From Chrysochromulina tobinii (Eukaryota): a stretch of DNA of 64,000 nucleotides. The notes beneath the pieces were generated by a model. It worked only from the letters and a program-made list of their open reading frames with translations. It was not told where the DNA came from and made no database searches. The stretch covers positions 1 through 64,000 of the forward strand of contig JWZX01003385.1 in assembly GCA_001275005.1 (NCBI GenBank), read 5' to 3'. Shown piece after piece: positions 53,288 through 64,000 of this stretch (the stretch's first letter is position 1; each line of letters opens with the position of its first letter). Both the position numbers and the translations under genes were made by a program.

Positions 53288-53608
53288 GTAGGAGAGCAGG
53301 TCGGTGTTGCTGAATTTTGGGTTGGATGCGTGCGATGTTGATTAAATATGGCTTTTGGGTAATTATCTTTACGGCGTGCATGCACCTGTAGCTGGTCGAA
53401 TCAGGTTGGCGCGATTGGCCGGATGCACGTTGTGCGTCCGTGCCCAAACTTCGTCGTGAACATCGGCCAATTTATTGGAAGTTTGCTCGATGCCCCTGCG
53501 CGCGATTTTTGCTCAACTTCGTGGCGAGGTGCGTCCCAATCCGCGTGGCTCGCCGCTGCGGCTCACCCATACGCCGCGGACGAACAGTTTGGTGATTACC
53601 ACATTGCC

Positions 53609-55324
53609 ATGGCACCTAAGAAGGACAAGCTCAAGAAGGACGTGACCAAGCTGCCAGCATCAGGTGCCAGCTCGCACCGCAGCGACGCCCCGAGCCATCG
53701 TGGCGACACCCCGAGCAAGGAGAAGAAATCCAGCCGCGGCAAAGCCGAGAAAAAGGGTAAGAGCGAGAAGAAGAAGTCTGCGTTGGACACTGTCTCAGAG
53801 GAAGGCGTGCTGGAGCAGGAGACCTCCCGGGTTGAGCCGCTGAACGAGCTGCTCGCCCCTCTAGAGGAGCTGCTCGAAGCGAAGCGGGCCGAGCTTGGCC
53901 AGGTGGAGAACGAGCTTGAGAGCATCAATGAGGAGCTCGAGGAGCCCGAGGAGCCCGGCGGCGGCGGCAGCGTGCCGGACGAGGCCACGCCACGCAAACT
54001 GGTCCCCTCGGAGTCCTTTGTCATCAAGCGCACGCAAGCTATCAAGATTTGGAAGAGCTTTGCGAACGCCAAGCTCGCCGAGATGGCCTCGAGCCTGGAC
54101 GCGGCGCTGCACAACGACGAGAAGCTGCGCACGCTGTTTGCGCACATGGATGCGGACCTGGGCGGTAGCATCGACAAGGACGAGCTCAAGGGCGCGCTCG
54201 ATGCCGCAGGAAAGAAGGTCACCGACGAGCAGCTCCAGCACATGTTCGACCACGCGGATGAGGACGGAGGCGGCGACATCGATTACGACGAGTTTGCGAA
54301 AGTGGTCAAGGGCGTCAAGGCGAGCAGGGCCGCCTTCATCATTGAGCGCGGCGTGCGCCGGCATCAGGAGGCGGCGACCAAGAAGCGGACGAAACTGACT
54401 ATGGAGGAGCTCGAAGCGGCGCTTCGGAGGGCCCTGCTCACCAAGACGCCCAAGGAGGTACTCGCCGAGTTCGATGTGAACAAGAACGGGGTGATCTCAC
54501 GCGCCGAGTTCCGCGATGGCGTGAGTAACATCCTCAAGCTCGAGTTCAAGCCAAAAGACCTCGACGCGCTCTTCGACACGTTTGATCACAATCGTGACCA
54601 CAGCATCGACATCAACGAGCTACAAGAGAGCTTTAAGAGCCTCAGGGAGGTGACCAAGCGAATCAAGGCACAGGTGGCCAACTTGCGCGCGCAGCGCGCG
54701 AAGCTCAAGACGGCGCTAGTCGTGCTCGAGGCGCGGCGCGCCGACGTGAGCGCCGTGACGCAAGCTTCGTTCGACGAGGACGCTCTGCTGGTTGCACACC
54801 GTTCAGCGCAGCGCGTGGACGCGAAGGTGGGCGCGGTGCTCAACGGCCGGATCAAGTCCGAGAGCAACCCGAAGGGCGTGTTCTCCTTCGAAGATATGGT
54901 CGCGAAGTGGGATAATCGGCGCAAGGTGGAGGGGTTCATGGACCTGGACGAGTTCACAACGCTCGTCAAGGCTGAATTGACGGCCAGCAAGTCCAAGCTG
55001 ACGGCTGCACAAACGTTGTTTAACTTGGGGCAGACGGCGCTCGATCAAAGCGAGATCCAGGCGCAGTTTGCGGCGCTGGACCCGGAGGGCACGGGGAGCA
55101 TCCAGATTCGGCAGAGCCTCAAGAGGATGATAGACGCCGAGTTCGCACGTGCAGGCAGGGATGCGGCCCTCGTCACCTCATGCGCGGAACGCAAGGCGGC
55201 AGCTCTCGAGGCGCAAGCTGCCTTCAAAAAGCTCGTGTTTGAGTTTGTGCAGCAAGAGCAAGAGGCGGCGGATGCGGCGATGCAGACCCCGCTAGCGCTG
55301 GCGGACGCTGCCGAGATCAACTGA
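53609..55324 (+). CDS. Multi-EF-hand coiled-coil protein
   Basis: EF loops DADLGGSIDKDE, DEDGGGDIDYDE, DVNKNGVISRAE, DHNRDHSIDINE. Confidence 0.85.
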   Translation: MAPKKDKLKKDVTKLPASGASSHRSDAPSHRGDTPSKEKKSSRGKAEKKGKSEKKKSALDTVSEEGVLEQETSRVEPLNELLAPLEELLEAKRAELGQVENELESINEELEEPEEPGGGGSVPDEATPRKLVPSESFVIKRTQAIKIWKSFANAKLAEMASSLDAALHNDEKLRTLFAHMDADLGGSIDKDELKGALDAAGKKVTDEQLQHMFDHADEDGGGDIDYDEFAKVVKGVKASRAAFIIERGVRRHQEAATKKRTKLTMEELEAALRRALLTKTPKEVLAEFDVNKNGVISRAEFRDGVSNILKLEFKPKDLDALFDTFDHNRDHSIDINELQESFKSLREVTKRIKAQVANLRAQRAKLKTALVVLEARRADVSAVTQASFDEDALLVAHRSAQRVDAKVGAVLNGRIKSESNPKGVFSFEDMVAKWDNRRKVEGFMDLDEFTTLVKAELTASKSKLTAAQTLFNLGQTALDQSEIQAQFAALDPEGTGSIQIRQSLKRMIDAEFARAGRDAALVTSCAERKAAALEAQAAFKKLVFEFVQQEQEAADAAMQTPLALADAAEIN

Positions 55325-55549
55325 GATCGTGCCCGAGACGAGATCGTATAGCCGAGCATTCGCCATGACAGAACCTCAGAAGCATGTTTGGAAGGGGTGG
55401 GAACTTGGCAACGTGCAACGTGGAATGAGAGTCCCAGCCGTGGCGTGTAGCCATGGGTGTGGACGACGTAGCGTCTTTCAAACTGTTTCAGAATCGGCCA
55501 AAAGCAAAACATAAACTTTCGCGATCCTTCGCGGCGGCAACTCACACAC

Positions 55550-58500
55550 ATGGACGGCAGGAGGGCGTCGCCCCTCACTATCGGGCGGCCCGAATGGGAT
55601 ATCTTCCTCGTGGACGCTTCAGAGGATCGGCTGTACCATGCCATTGGATCGGGCCCGCTCCACGGCAAGGCGTCGTTGCTGCTACGTGGCAAACGTGGAA
55701 GCCCTAAGAGCTCAGAGTTAAGTATGGCCACAGGTGCGCCGTCATCGCTCCCACGCTTGGCCTTTCCTGGCGTCGCCGGCACGCCTGCCAAGGCAAAATC
55801 GGACGATCAGCCAACCAAGGCCAAACCGGTCTCACTCACCAAGAGCACGCCAGGCAAGACCAGCAAGGCCGGCAAGGCCGGTAGGACCAGAGAGACGTTG
55901 GAAAGTGAGACACGGGACGATGTGCGGTACACGAGCGCCGTGCGTATGCAGAAGATGCAGCGCGGCCACTCGACGCGCCTAAGGCTGCGCGCCGAGCACC
56001 TGACTGTTGAGGATGCTCGCGCCGTCACGAAGATCCAGGCAGTCGCGCGCGGTCGCATGGTGCGCAGGCGCGAGGCGGCCAAAGAGGCGGCGAAGCAGGC
56101 CAAAGCAGCGACGAAGCTGGCCACAGTGATGCGGGGTTAGCTCGAGCGACGCGCGGTCCGAAAGGCCAAAGAGATCATCGAGCTCGAGGTGACGAAACTG
56201 GTGCGGCAGGCAGAGGAGCGGGCGGCACACCAAGCGAGTCTCGTGTCCAAGGGGCGAAAGGCGCAAGCGGAACTGCATGCCCTGGTGGCGTCGACGCAGC
56301 AGGGCCCCAACGCCAGCTGGTCCGAGAGCATTGGGATGCGCATGCGTGCGGCTGAAGCGACGCGTGACAAGCAGTTGGAACTATTGTACAAGGAAAAGAA
56401 GGAACGCGCGCTGGTGGAGCTGTTGCAGATGGTGGCGGAGTCGGAGGAGGCGGTGGCCTCACGGGAGGTCCACACGGCCACGGCGGCGGCGGTACAGGGT
56501 CGGTTGCTCGGTCTCGTGAGCCAGGCGCAGACGGCGATGGCCGCTGAGGCCGAGGGTGGTCGGAAGGTCAACGAGGGCGCACGTCGTTGCGCGTTGCACG
56601 ACCTCGTCTCACTCGCCAAAGTGGAGGCCGAGGCCGAGGCGGCCGCCGAAGCCGAGAGGATGGCGCGCGCCAAGTCGGAGGCCGTGCTCGGCCGGCTAGG
56701 GATCCTGCTCTCGCTTGTGCAGACGCTCGTGCAAGCGGCGGCGACGATGCAGCTCGGGGCGACGCAGGAGAAGCTGCGCGAGATCGTGAAGCTTGCGCGG
56801 AGCGTCGGGGAGGCTGAGCTCGCTGAGGCCGCGGGCGCCGAGGCAGCAGGCGCCGCGGCCGATGCAGCGGCCAACGCGGCGGCGGTGCGCGTGCGGCTCC
56901 ATAAGCTGGTGGGCCTAGCACAGGAGGTGGCGGCGGCGGCGGGGGATGCAGTGCCGAGGGAGCTGAAGCTACGCGAGCTCCTGAGGATGGCTCAGGAGGT
57001 ATGCCGGTCTCAGAAGGCCAGCGAGGCCGAGGCGACCGAGCGCGCGAAGGCGTCCGCCGTGCGCTCCTGCATCCCGAAGGCGACCGCTGAGGCGCAGGCG
57101 CTGGTGGCAGAGGGAACTGATGCGTAGCGGGAGCAGCTCCGCTCGCTGGTCGAGATGGCGAGTGAGGTCAAGTTGCGGGAGATGGCCGATCATGCTGCAC
57201 GCGAGGTGAACGCCAAGGCCGCCGGCGTACGCACGCAGCTTGCCAACCTGCTCAGCGCGACCAAAACAGCCAAGGCTGAGGACGCCAGTGGAGTCCATTC
57301 TTCCACCGAGCTGGGCGACCAGATGAGAGAGCTCATCAGCCTGGCGAAGCAAGTGGCCAAGGCGGAGGTGGCGGCCGAGTCGGAGGCGACCAAAGCGGCG
57401 GAGGCGGCGGAGATGGCAGCGTGTGCCAAGGCGGTTGCGGTTCACGGGCACCTCGAGGCGCTCGTTCGCGTCGCCGCGGCAATCGCCGACTCGGACGACG
57501 TGCGATCGCCGACGGCAGATCCGCAGTTCAAGCAACTCGCGCTGCAGCTTCGTGTGCTCGCGCGCGAACTGCTACGTATGGACGGCGACGCGGACGCCGA
57601 AGCGCGCGCCGTGCTGGGCGAGCACGTGGGTGGGCCGCGTGCGGAGCACCTAGGCGAGTTCATCCTAGGGCCGAAGGCGTCGGCTTTGCGTAGCAAGCTG
57701 CAACACCTTGTAGCGATGGCGAGCGCTTGCGAGCTAAGAGTGGCGAATGACATGACGCTCGTCTCCCGCGCCGCCGCAGCCGGGGCCGCCGCCGCCCTCG
57801 CCGTAGCCGCCCTCCCTGGCTATCTCTTTTCTGCCGCCACAAGTAAAGCCAGCGCCCTCCCTCGCGCCGCCTCCGTGGCCGCTGGGGACATTCGAACCCT
57901 TCCCTCCGGCGAGTCCGCCGAGGGGGCTACGGTGCAAGAGCAGCTGCGCGCGCTCTTATCTCTTGCCATGGAGGTGGCTCGAATGGAGAATGAGCTCTTC
58001 GGCGTCTCGGACATCGAGGCGGCGGCCAACGAGGCCATCCAGAACACGTTGGGAGGGAGCTCGGAGGCCAGCAAGTTGGCCAGCCGTGTGCTCTCCGCGG
58101 CCACCACTCGCATGGCCGCCCAGCGTGCCAAGGCAGCGACCAAGATCGAGGCGGTCTGCAGGGGAAAGCACGCGCGCAAGGAGGTGGCTGAGGGGCTCAC
58201 TAGGCAACAGCTCAAGCTCCAACGGTACGTTGCGTTCACCGGAGGCGAGGCTGGCATGGGCGGCCTGCTCAGCGGCGGCACTGACAGTTTCCTAATTTGG
58301 GCGGCCACGCGCCCCACGGTGGCGTACCCCGAGGTGATCCTGAACGATCTGTTCTCGCAGCGCAAGACGTGCGTCGCGCGGCTGCGCACGAACTCCGACC
58401 TGACGCGCCTGCTTCGCAACGGAGACTACTATGTTGCCGTGCCAGAGCAGGGCGGCGAGGGAGGGGCCGGCGCAGGGCCCCTTCTGACGTACAAGCAGGC

Positions 58501-59173
58501 ATCGGATGCGACGGTGCCGGGGTCGGCGGAGGCCAAGGCAGCGATCACGGCCGTCGTGGCGCACGAGTCGGCGAACGCGTACGACAACTCGCACAAGCCG
58601 TGGCGCGTGCCCGCCAACACCAAGAGTGCTCCGCCCGTGTACAAGGGTCAGCACCTGCTGCTGCGCTGCTGGGCCATTGAGTCGCATGCCGAGTTTGGGT
58701 CGGCGTGGCGGAGCCCTAATATGGGAAGCCACCTTGTGACGCCCAACATGCAGAAGGCGTGCGGCATCGAGGTGCACGACGCCTCCGATGTGCAGCGGCT
58801 CTACGACCGGCTGTATCCCGATGACGACCTCACTGAGATCCTGCCCAAGCCCGATGCGGTCATCTGCCACGTCGTCGAGCTCGTCGCCGAGCTCTCGCTA
58901 CCACACGAAGCCACCGCAGCATCCACGCGAGACTACAGAGTGACCAAGGCACTCGAGCCGAGCACACAGGCCATCCTCGCGAGTAAAGAGAAGGCCAAGA
59001 AGAAGAAGAAGAAGGTCCTCAAGGCACTCCCCGAGCCGCTCCCATCCGGTGCCGTTGCCGCCCCCGAACCGCCGCCCTCAAAACGATCACCAACGACGTC
59101 CATGACGGCGGCCAAATCGCCGACGGCCAAAGCGACCCCCAAAGCGACCCCCCCGCCGAGCTTTCGCCGATGA
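55550..59173 (+). CDS. IQ-motif / helical-repeat protein interrupted by two in-frame TAG codons
   Basis: ORFs 55550-56140, 56189-57127 and 57155-59173 share one frame, separated only by TAG at 56138-56140 and 57125-57127; IQ motifs MQKMQRG, IQAVARG, IEAVCRG. Confidence 0.6.
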
Positions 59174-59728
59174 GAGGACTGAAATGAGAGTCGAGGGTCT
59201 CTCTCGGCGTATCTTGGACAGGAGGTGTACCTGAAGGTGGATCCTCTAGGGACACAGGGGGTTCCGGTTCCCAGTGCAAGAACCAAGATCGGCTGAAGAT
59301 CGGTTACAGATTGCAGTAAGGTAGTACCGGCAATGTGCGTCGATAGGACGTAGGTCATTCCGCTGTCTCATTCGTCATTGAAAAGGACGGCTTTTTACGA
59401 AAGCTCGTTCGGGATATACGTCGGGGTAAATTATTATTTCGTCAACCGACGAACCCGACGAACCCGACGAACCTGAGCACCCGTACGCGCCAAAGTTCTC
59501 AACTTGTCGACCGTTACGCGTTTTAGACGAGCGGAGCGCGGATCGTTTGGCTCGTTCGTCACGACTCAAGTTCAAGACGCGTTTCGACTTTCATCAACTC
59601 CGGGTTCGAGGGGAACTCGTAAAAGAAACGAACTGTGAATGATCGTGGGATCGCGAAAAGGAAGGAAGGCGAGAGAAAAGCCCAGGCTTTCGATCACGTC
59701 GCCCGACGGCCTTTCCGAGATCCTCACA

Positions 59729-60523
59729 ATGCAGTTCAACCGTGCACCGGCGGACCGCGTGTGCAAACCGTGCGGGCCGCAGCCGCTGGTGGAGAAGGCC
59801 GCATCCTCAACGTCCGTCTCGGATCAGCAGCTCGAGGCGGCTTACGAGATTATCCTAAGGGCAATCGGCGAGGATCCCAGTCGCGAGGGCTTGAGGAAGA
59901 CTCCTGCGCGCGCGGCCAAAGCGATGCGAGCACTTACGTCGGGGTATTCCGTCGAGCCCAGCGAATTGGCGCGCGACGCACTCTTCACTGTCGAACCTCG
60001 AAGTGAAGAGCCGCTTGGGATGGTCGTCGTGGTGCGTTACCCCTATCTTTCGCCTATCTTTCGCCCATGCACTTTCGCCCGTATGCACGACGCCACATTC
60101 TAGCTCACCCTCGCATTCGTCTCGGCTGTCCCTCCTGCTCGCAGCGCGACATCCGAATCAACTCCTTGTGCGAGCACCACCTGCTACCCTTTTACGGCCG
60201 GTGCCACATCGGCTACCTGCCCGACCGCGCTGTGCTTGGCCTCTCGAAGTTTGCGCGCGTGGCGGACGTGTGCGCGCGCCGGCTGCAGATGCAGGAGCGG
60301 CTCACAGAACAGATTGCCGACGCGCTCATGGAGGCATCAGCAGCGCGCGGCGTGATAGTAGCAGTCGAGTGCGCACATATGTGCATGTGCTCTCGTGGCG
60401 TCAAGCAGACGGAAACAACGACGTTCACGGCGGCGCCAGCGCGGTGCCTTCGCAAAGGATGAGGCGCTGCGCCGCGACTTTTGGCAGCAGGTCAATCCGG
60501 GCACGCCCACATCGCGACTGTAA
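59729..60523 (+). CDS. GCH1: GTP cyclohydrolase I; intron 60032-60144; apparent +1 frameshift near 60436
   Basis: [54 protein letters not shown]; canonical tail [14 protein letters not shown] lies in the shifted frame. Confidence 0.9.
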
Positions 60524-60660
60524 CCATGTTGCGGTGGCGCCACGCATCGCTCAAATCGAGGGTGTGGTTTTGTTCCAAGTTGTTTTTCCCGGTCTCTCGA
60601 GGTGAGGCGGCCGAACTCCTTTCACGATTCACTCCTTAGTTCAGAATTCACAGCACAAAT

Positions 60661-61365
60661 ATGCGCTGTCAGGCGCTCACCATCGCGGTCACGCTCGTTG
60701 CGGGCGACGGCGCCAGCCTAAGCAAGGTGAGCACGCGTCCTGCCGATGGTTCGCCACGTGTGAGCAGCAGCAGCAGCAGCAGCAGTAGCATTTATCATGA
60801 GCTGAGTGCCATTTCGCAGCGCCTTCTTGTTCAGCACCAAAATGCGCAGCAGCAGCAACACCAGCAGCAGGAACCGAATGCGCCGCCGCCACATGCGCCA
60901 CCGAGCACTATGACTCCAGCAGACGTAGACGCTACTACTTACGACGATTCCGTCGCCATGACGTACGATGCGTATGGAGGGGATGAGGGTGAGGGTGAGG
61001 AGCTGGACGATGCCGCCTTGGACGGCCACCTGTACGAAGACACGCTCAAGGACGAGCTGGACGTGGACGATGAGCGTCACGAGCCCATTCTGAAGACGGC
61101 AGTCGTTCTCGTCGCGCTGGCGATGCTCTTCATGGGATGGCGCATGCATTGCAGCAGCAACGCCTCAGCGGGCGATGCATACTCAGGCGTCGGCGGAGGG
61201 CGGCACTCACCATTTCCGTTCGACGCGAGCGACGATTTGGATCTCGACGATTTTGGCGACTCGACGCGGCGGCATCGGGCGGACCCTCCACCCAGACGAA
61301 CGGCTGACGCGCAAGATGTTGTCTCGGTTGTGCCTATGCCTCGAACTCACTGGGACATAGAGTAA
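60661..61365 (+). CDS. Single-pass membrane protein with signal peptide
   Basis: N-terminal hydrophobic segment, polySer/Gln, acidic region, TM segment AVVLVALAMLFMGW. Confidence 0.55.
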   Translation: MRCQALTIAVTLVAGDGASLSKVSTRPADGSPRVSSSSSSSSSIYHELSAISQRLLVQHQNAQQQQHQQQEPNAPPPHAPPSTMTPADVDATTYDDSVAMTYDAYGGDEGEGEELDDAALDGHLYEDTLKDELDVDDERHEPILKTAVVLVALAMLFMGWRMHCSSNASAGDAYSGVGGGRHSPFPFDASDDLDLDDFGDSTRRHRADPPPRRTADAQDVVSVVPMPRTHWDIE

Positions 61366-61991
61366 TTACATGTCACGCTCTTGTCTGTTGCTTGACGAGA
61401 TGATAAAGATACCATTTCCTATAACCGGCTTGCGGTTGTAGCCTCTCGGCCTCGCTCTGAGGGCCTGTTTTTTCTGCTTCTGGATTCTGGATTGACATTG
61501 GACTTTGCTCTTTGGACGATGTTTCATTTCACATTTGATAATCATTATTTGTTTCTGCTTGTGGTTCTGCGCGCGCTCAACAGCTACATTTCATTGGCCG
61601 ATCGCGCGCGTCCGGGGTCCGGCGCCCGCGGCCTGCCGTCACGACATGTTGACGTCGGTCAGAGAAATAGAAAGCGAGATCTCCCCCGTTTGTGCCAAAG
61701 AACCACTCCACCCGACTCCACCTGCGCTGGGGACGTGCATGCTCACACATCTGTTGCATGGGACTCACTACACTCTTGCCGACCACGCCAAGAGGTGTAC
61801 CCTTTACTCCGCCGGACTTGTACTCTACTGTACTTGTATACTAGAGACATGAAAAATAAATTCAATAGAGGTGAGCCCTGTTCTAGCCTGGACCCCTTTT
61901 ACGTACCGCTGTATCGCGCCGTTTTGAGCAAACGTCCTGCGGCACCGTGTTTTCCATCTCGACGCATCTCGGTAGTCCACTCCGACGAGAA

Positions 61992-64000
61992 ATGATCTAT
62001 CCGACCGCCCGCGCCATTGCCCTCGGACTGCTGTGCGCTCCGACGGCGGCCCTACTGCTCGGGCCATCGCCGGCGCCCGTGTGCCGTGCGTCGCCGCGCG
62101 CCGCGAGCGCGGCCCTGCGCATGGCGGAGGGCTTCACGAGCAAGGAGGAGCTGCTGCTCGTTGACGAGGTGGATCGCAGCGGCGTTGAGGTTGATGCGAC
62201 CAGGGAGTCGGTGACGGCAGTGGATACGTCTCTGGTCAATGCGGTCAAGTGGACGCCGTCGGCGCGCGGTGAGCCCGGCAAGACGCCGCGCGACCTCGCC
62301 TTTGGCCCCATCAAGGCCTACTGCGCCGACCTAAAAGAGGTGAAGCGGCGGCCGACGCGCACGGTCGAGTGCGGCCCGATCAAATTTGGCTCGGAGCACC
62401 GGCTCGTGCGCCAGACTATGGCGACGACGCTCACCTCCGACGTAGAGGGCACCATCGAGCAGGTCATCCGCTGCGCCGACGAGGGCTTCGACCTCGTGCG
62501 CGTGACGGTCGTCGGCATGAAGGACGCGATTGCGTGCAAGAAGATCCGTGAGGGCCTCGACGCGCGCGGGTACAATATCCCGCTGGCCGCTGACATGCAC
62601 TTCGCGCCCAAGGTCGCGCTTGCCGTCGCCGACGCCGTCGAGAAGATCCGTATCAACCCGGGCAACTTCGTGGATGGGCGCAAGACGTTCGAGACGATGG
62701 TGTACGAGACGGATGAGGACTACTTCAAGGAACGCGCCTTTTTCGTGGAGGCATTCACGCCGCTCGTGAAGAAGTGCAAGGAGCTCAACCGGTGCATGCG
62801 CATCGGCACCAACCACGGCTCGCTCTCGGCGCGCGTCCTCTCCTTTTACGGCGACACGCCGCGCGGCATGGTCGAGAGCGCGATCGAGTTCGCCGACATC
62901 TGCCGCTCGCTCGACTTCCACAACTTCGTTTTCTCGATGAAGGCGTCCAACCCGCTGGTGATGGTGCAGGCGTACCGGCTGCTCGCGGCCGAGATGGACC
63001 GGCTCGGCTGGGACTACCCCCTCCACCTCGGCGTCACCGAGGCGGGCGAGGGTGAAGATGGGCGAATGAAGAGCGCCATCGGCATCGGCGCTCTCCTCGC
63101 GGACGGTCTGGGCGATACGATCCGCGTGTCGCTCACGGAGGACCCCGAGTTCGAGTACGCGCCGTGCAACCGGCTGGCCGAGATTGCGGACGCCAAGCTC
63201 TTGCCCTCCGCGCTGGCCACCCAGCGCGCCGTGCCTCCGTACGTCGACATCCGCGACATTACCTCGTTCGCGCGCCGCTCGGGCCGCCTTCCAGCTCAGA
63301 AGGAGGGCGACACCTTCGACTACCGTGGGCTGCTCAACCGCGACGGCTCGGTGCTGTCGGCGGTGACGGCCAAGGAGCTGCGCGAGCCGAACACTCTGTA
63401 CAACGCTCTTGGGTGCAAGACCGTCGTCGGCCTCCCCTTCAAGGACATTGCGACCTCCGACACGCTCATGCTCCGCGAGCCGCCGGCTCTCGATGACGAG
63501 ATCGCGCGCCGCACGCTCAAGCGGCTGATGGACGTGGCGGTGCTGCCGGTCGTGCCCGCGGATGCGCTGGCCAAGGCCCCGATCGAGGGCGCGGTCGCGC
63601 TCATGTCCCTCGACGAGGCGGCCTCCGGTGCCAAGAAGCCCGCGTGCGCGTCGCGCGTCGTCCTGTCCGTGCGCGGCGACGAGTCCGCAGAGCTGATGAA
63701 CAAGATCAAGGGGATCGAGCACGCGTTCGTGCTGCTCGACCCGCCCCCGACGCTCTCGCGCCTGCACGCCGCGCGCCGCCTCTTCAGCCTCTTCGGCGCG
63801 CTCAACATCGACTCGGCGGTGATCCATCATTTCCGTCCCGTCCCGTCGGACAGCAGCGAGCTCGCCCTCCAGATGGGCACCGAGGTGGGTGGGCTGCTCG
63901 TCGACGGTCTGGGCGATGGCGTGCTCGTCGAGCCGCAGACGCCGGGCAGCTTCGAGCTCAGCATGCTGCGCACGGTCTCATTCGGGCTCCTTCAGGGAAG
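61992..64000 (+). CDS. ispG: 4-hydroxy-3-methylbut-2-enyl diphosphate synthase (GcpE), plastid-targeted; runs off the window end
   Basis: Open frame from ATG 61992 with bipartite leader (MIYPTARAIALGLLCAPTAAL...); VRQTMATT, PLAADMHF, KIRINPGN, RIGTNHGSLS, FSMKASN, YPLHLGVTEAG, DGLGDTIRVSLTEDP; absent from the ORF track because no stop falls in the window. Confidence 0.95.
   Translation, partial: MIYPTARAIALGLLCAPTAALLLGPSPAPVCRASPRAASAALRMAEGFTSKEELLLVDEVDRSGVEVDATRESVTAVDTSLVNAVKWTPSARGEPGKTPRDLAFGPIKAYCADLKEVKRRPTRTVECGPIKFGSEHRLVRQTMATTLTSDVEGTIEQVIRCADEGFDLVRVTVVGMKDAIACKKIREGLDARGYNIPLAADMHFAPKVALAVADAVEKIRINPGNFVDGRKTFETMVYETDEDYFKERAFFVEAFTPLVKKCKELNRCMRIGTNHGSLSARVLSFYGDTPRGMVESAIEFADICRSLDFHNFVFSMKASNPLVMVQAYRLLAAEMDRLGWDYPLHLGVTEAGEGEDGRMKSAIGIGALLADGLGDTIRVSLTEDPEFEYAPCNRLAEIADAKLLPSALATQRAVPPYVDIRDITSFARRSGRLPAQKEGDTFDYRGLLNRDGSVLSAVTAKELREPNTLYNALGCKTVVGLPFKDIATSDTLMLREPPALDDEIARRTLKRLMDVAVLPVVPADALAKAPIEGAVALMSLDEAASGAKKPACASRVVLSVRGDESAELMNKIKGIEHAFVLLDPPPTLSRLHAARRLFSLFGALNIDSAVIHHFRPVPSDSSELALQMGTEVGGLLVDGLGDGVLVEPQTPGSFELSMLRTVSFGLLQG

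Noticed and set aside
56138..57127. Genome-wide TAG reassignment
   Set aside because: Several well-supported genes in the window (XRN2, the methyltransferase, the amidoligase) appear to terminate at TAG.
1286..59173. Calcium-signalling gene cluster (many EF-hand, IQ and channel genes)
   Set aside because: These genes are interspersed with unrelated housekeeping genes, and enrichment cannot be shown without the genome background.
61492..61995. 167-aa ORF upstream of ispG
   Set aside because: Non-ATG start, AT-richer UTR/promoter-like composition and no domain.
62331..63830. 499-aa minus-strand ORF
   Set aside because: It is the antisense shadow of ispG; high GC3 suppresses stops. The same applies to 14859-16523, 34878-36035, 24575-25783 and most other overlapping ORFs in the track.

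Overview
This is a gene-dense, GC-rich eukaryotic nuclear region, not prokaryotic: it has GT/GC-AG introns and nuclear-encoded plastid proteins with bipartite leaders. IspG/FKBP19 leaders, a EukCat-type single-domain channel and the intron style point to a haptophyte alga, possibly Chrysochromulina-like; this is inference, no search was run. About 27 protein-coding genes can be supported, including XRN2, a METTL13/EEF1AKMT4-like methyltransferase, FKBP19, a single-domain voltage-gated channel, a mitochondrial carrier, an ShKT-repeat protein, a PH/WW protein, a D-serine dehydratase-like enzyme, an amidoligase, a NEK kinase, DNAJC7, a sulfotransferase, eIF2B-alpha, a bestrophin, a GYGD K+ channel, GCH1, IspG and several EF-hand/IQ proteins. 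No rRNA, tRNA, CRISPR array or transposase was seen. The most striking feature is how the introns are built. Many combine (i) a 10-45 nt direct duplication of the adjacent exon, often supplying a splice site, (ii) a sense-strand 9-11 bp microsatellite of branch-point-like, stop-containing units, or degenerate telomeric repeats, and (iii) one of two shared acceptor cassettes (GCATGCAAGTGCTCACCACGGCGC-Yn-CCCCACAG or GCCTCCCTCATCAG). The same duplication-plus-repeat footprint also appears at stop codons and in frame inside exons. This suggests an intron-generating insertion or repair process with unusually long target duplications. All splice models were inferred by hand from protein homology and have no transcript support.
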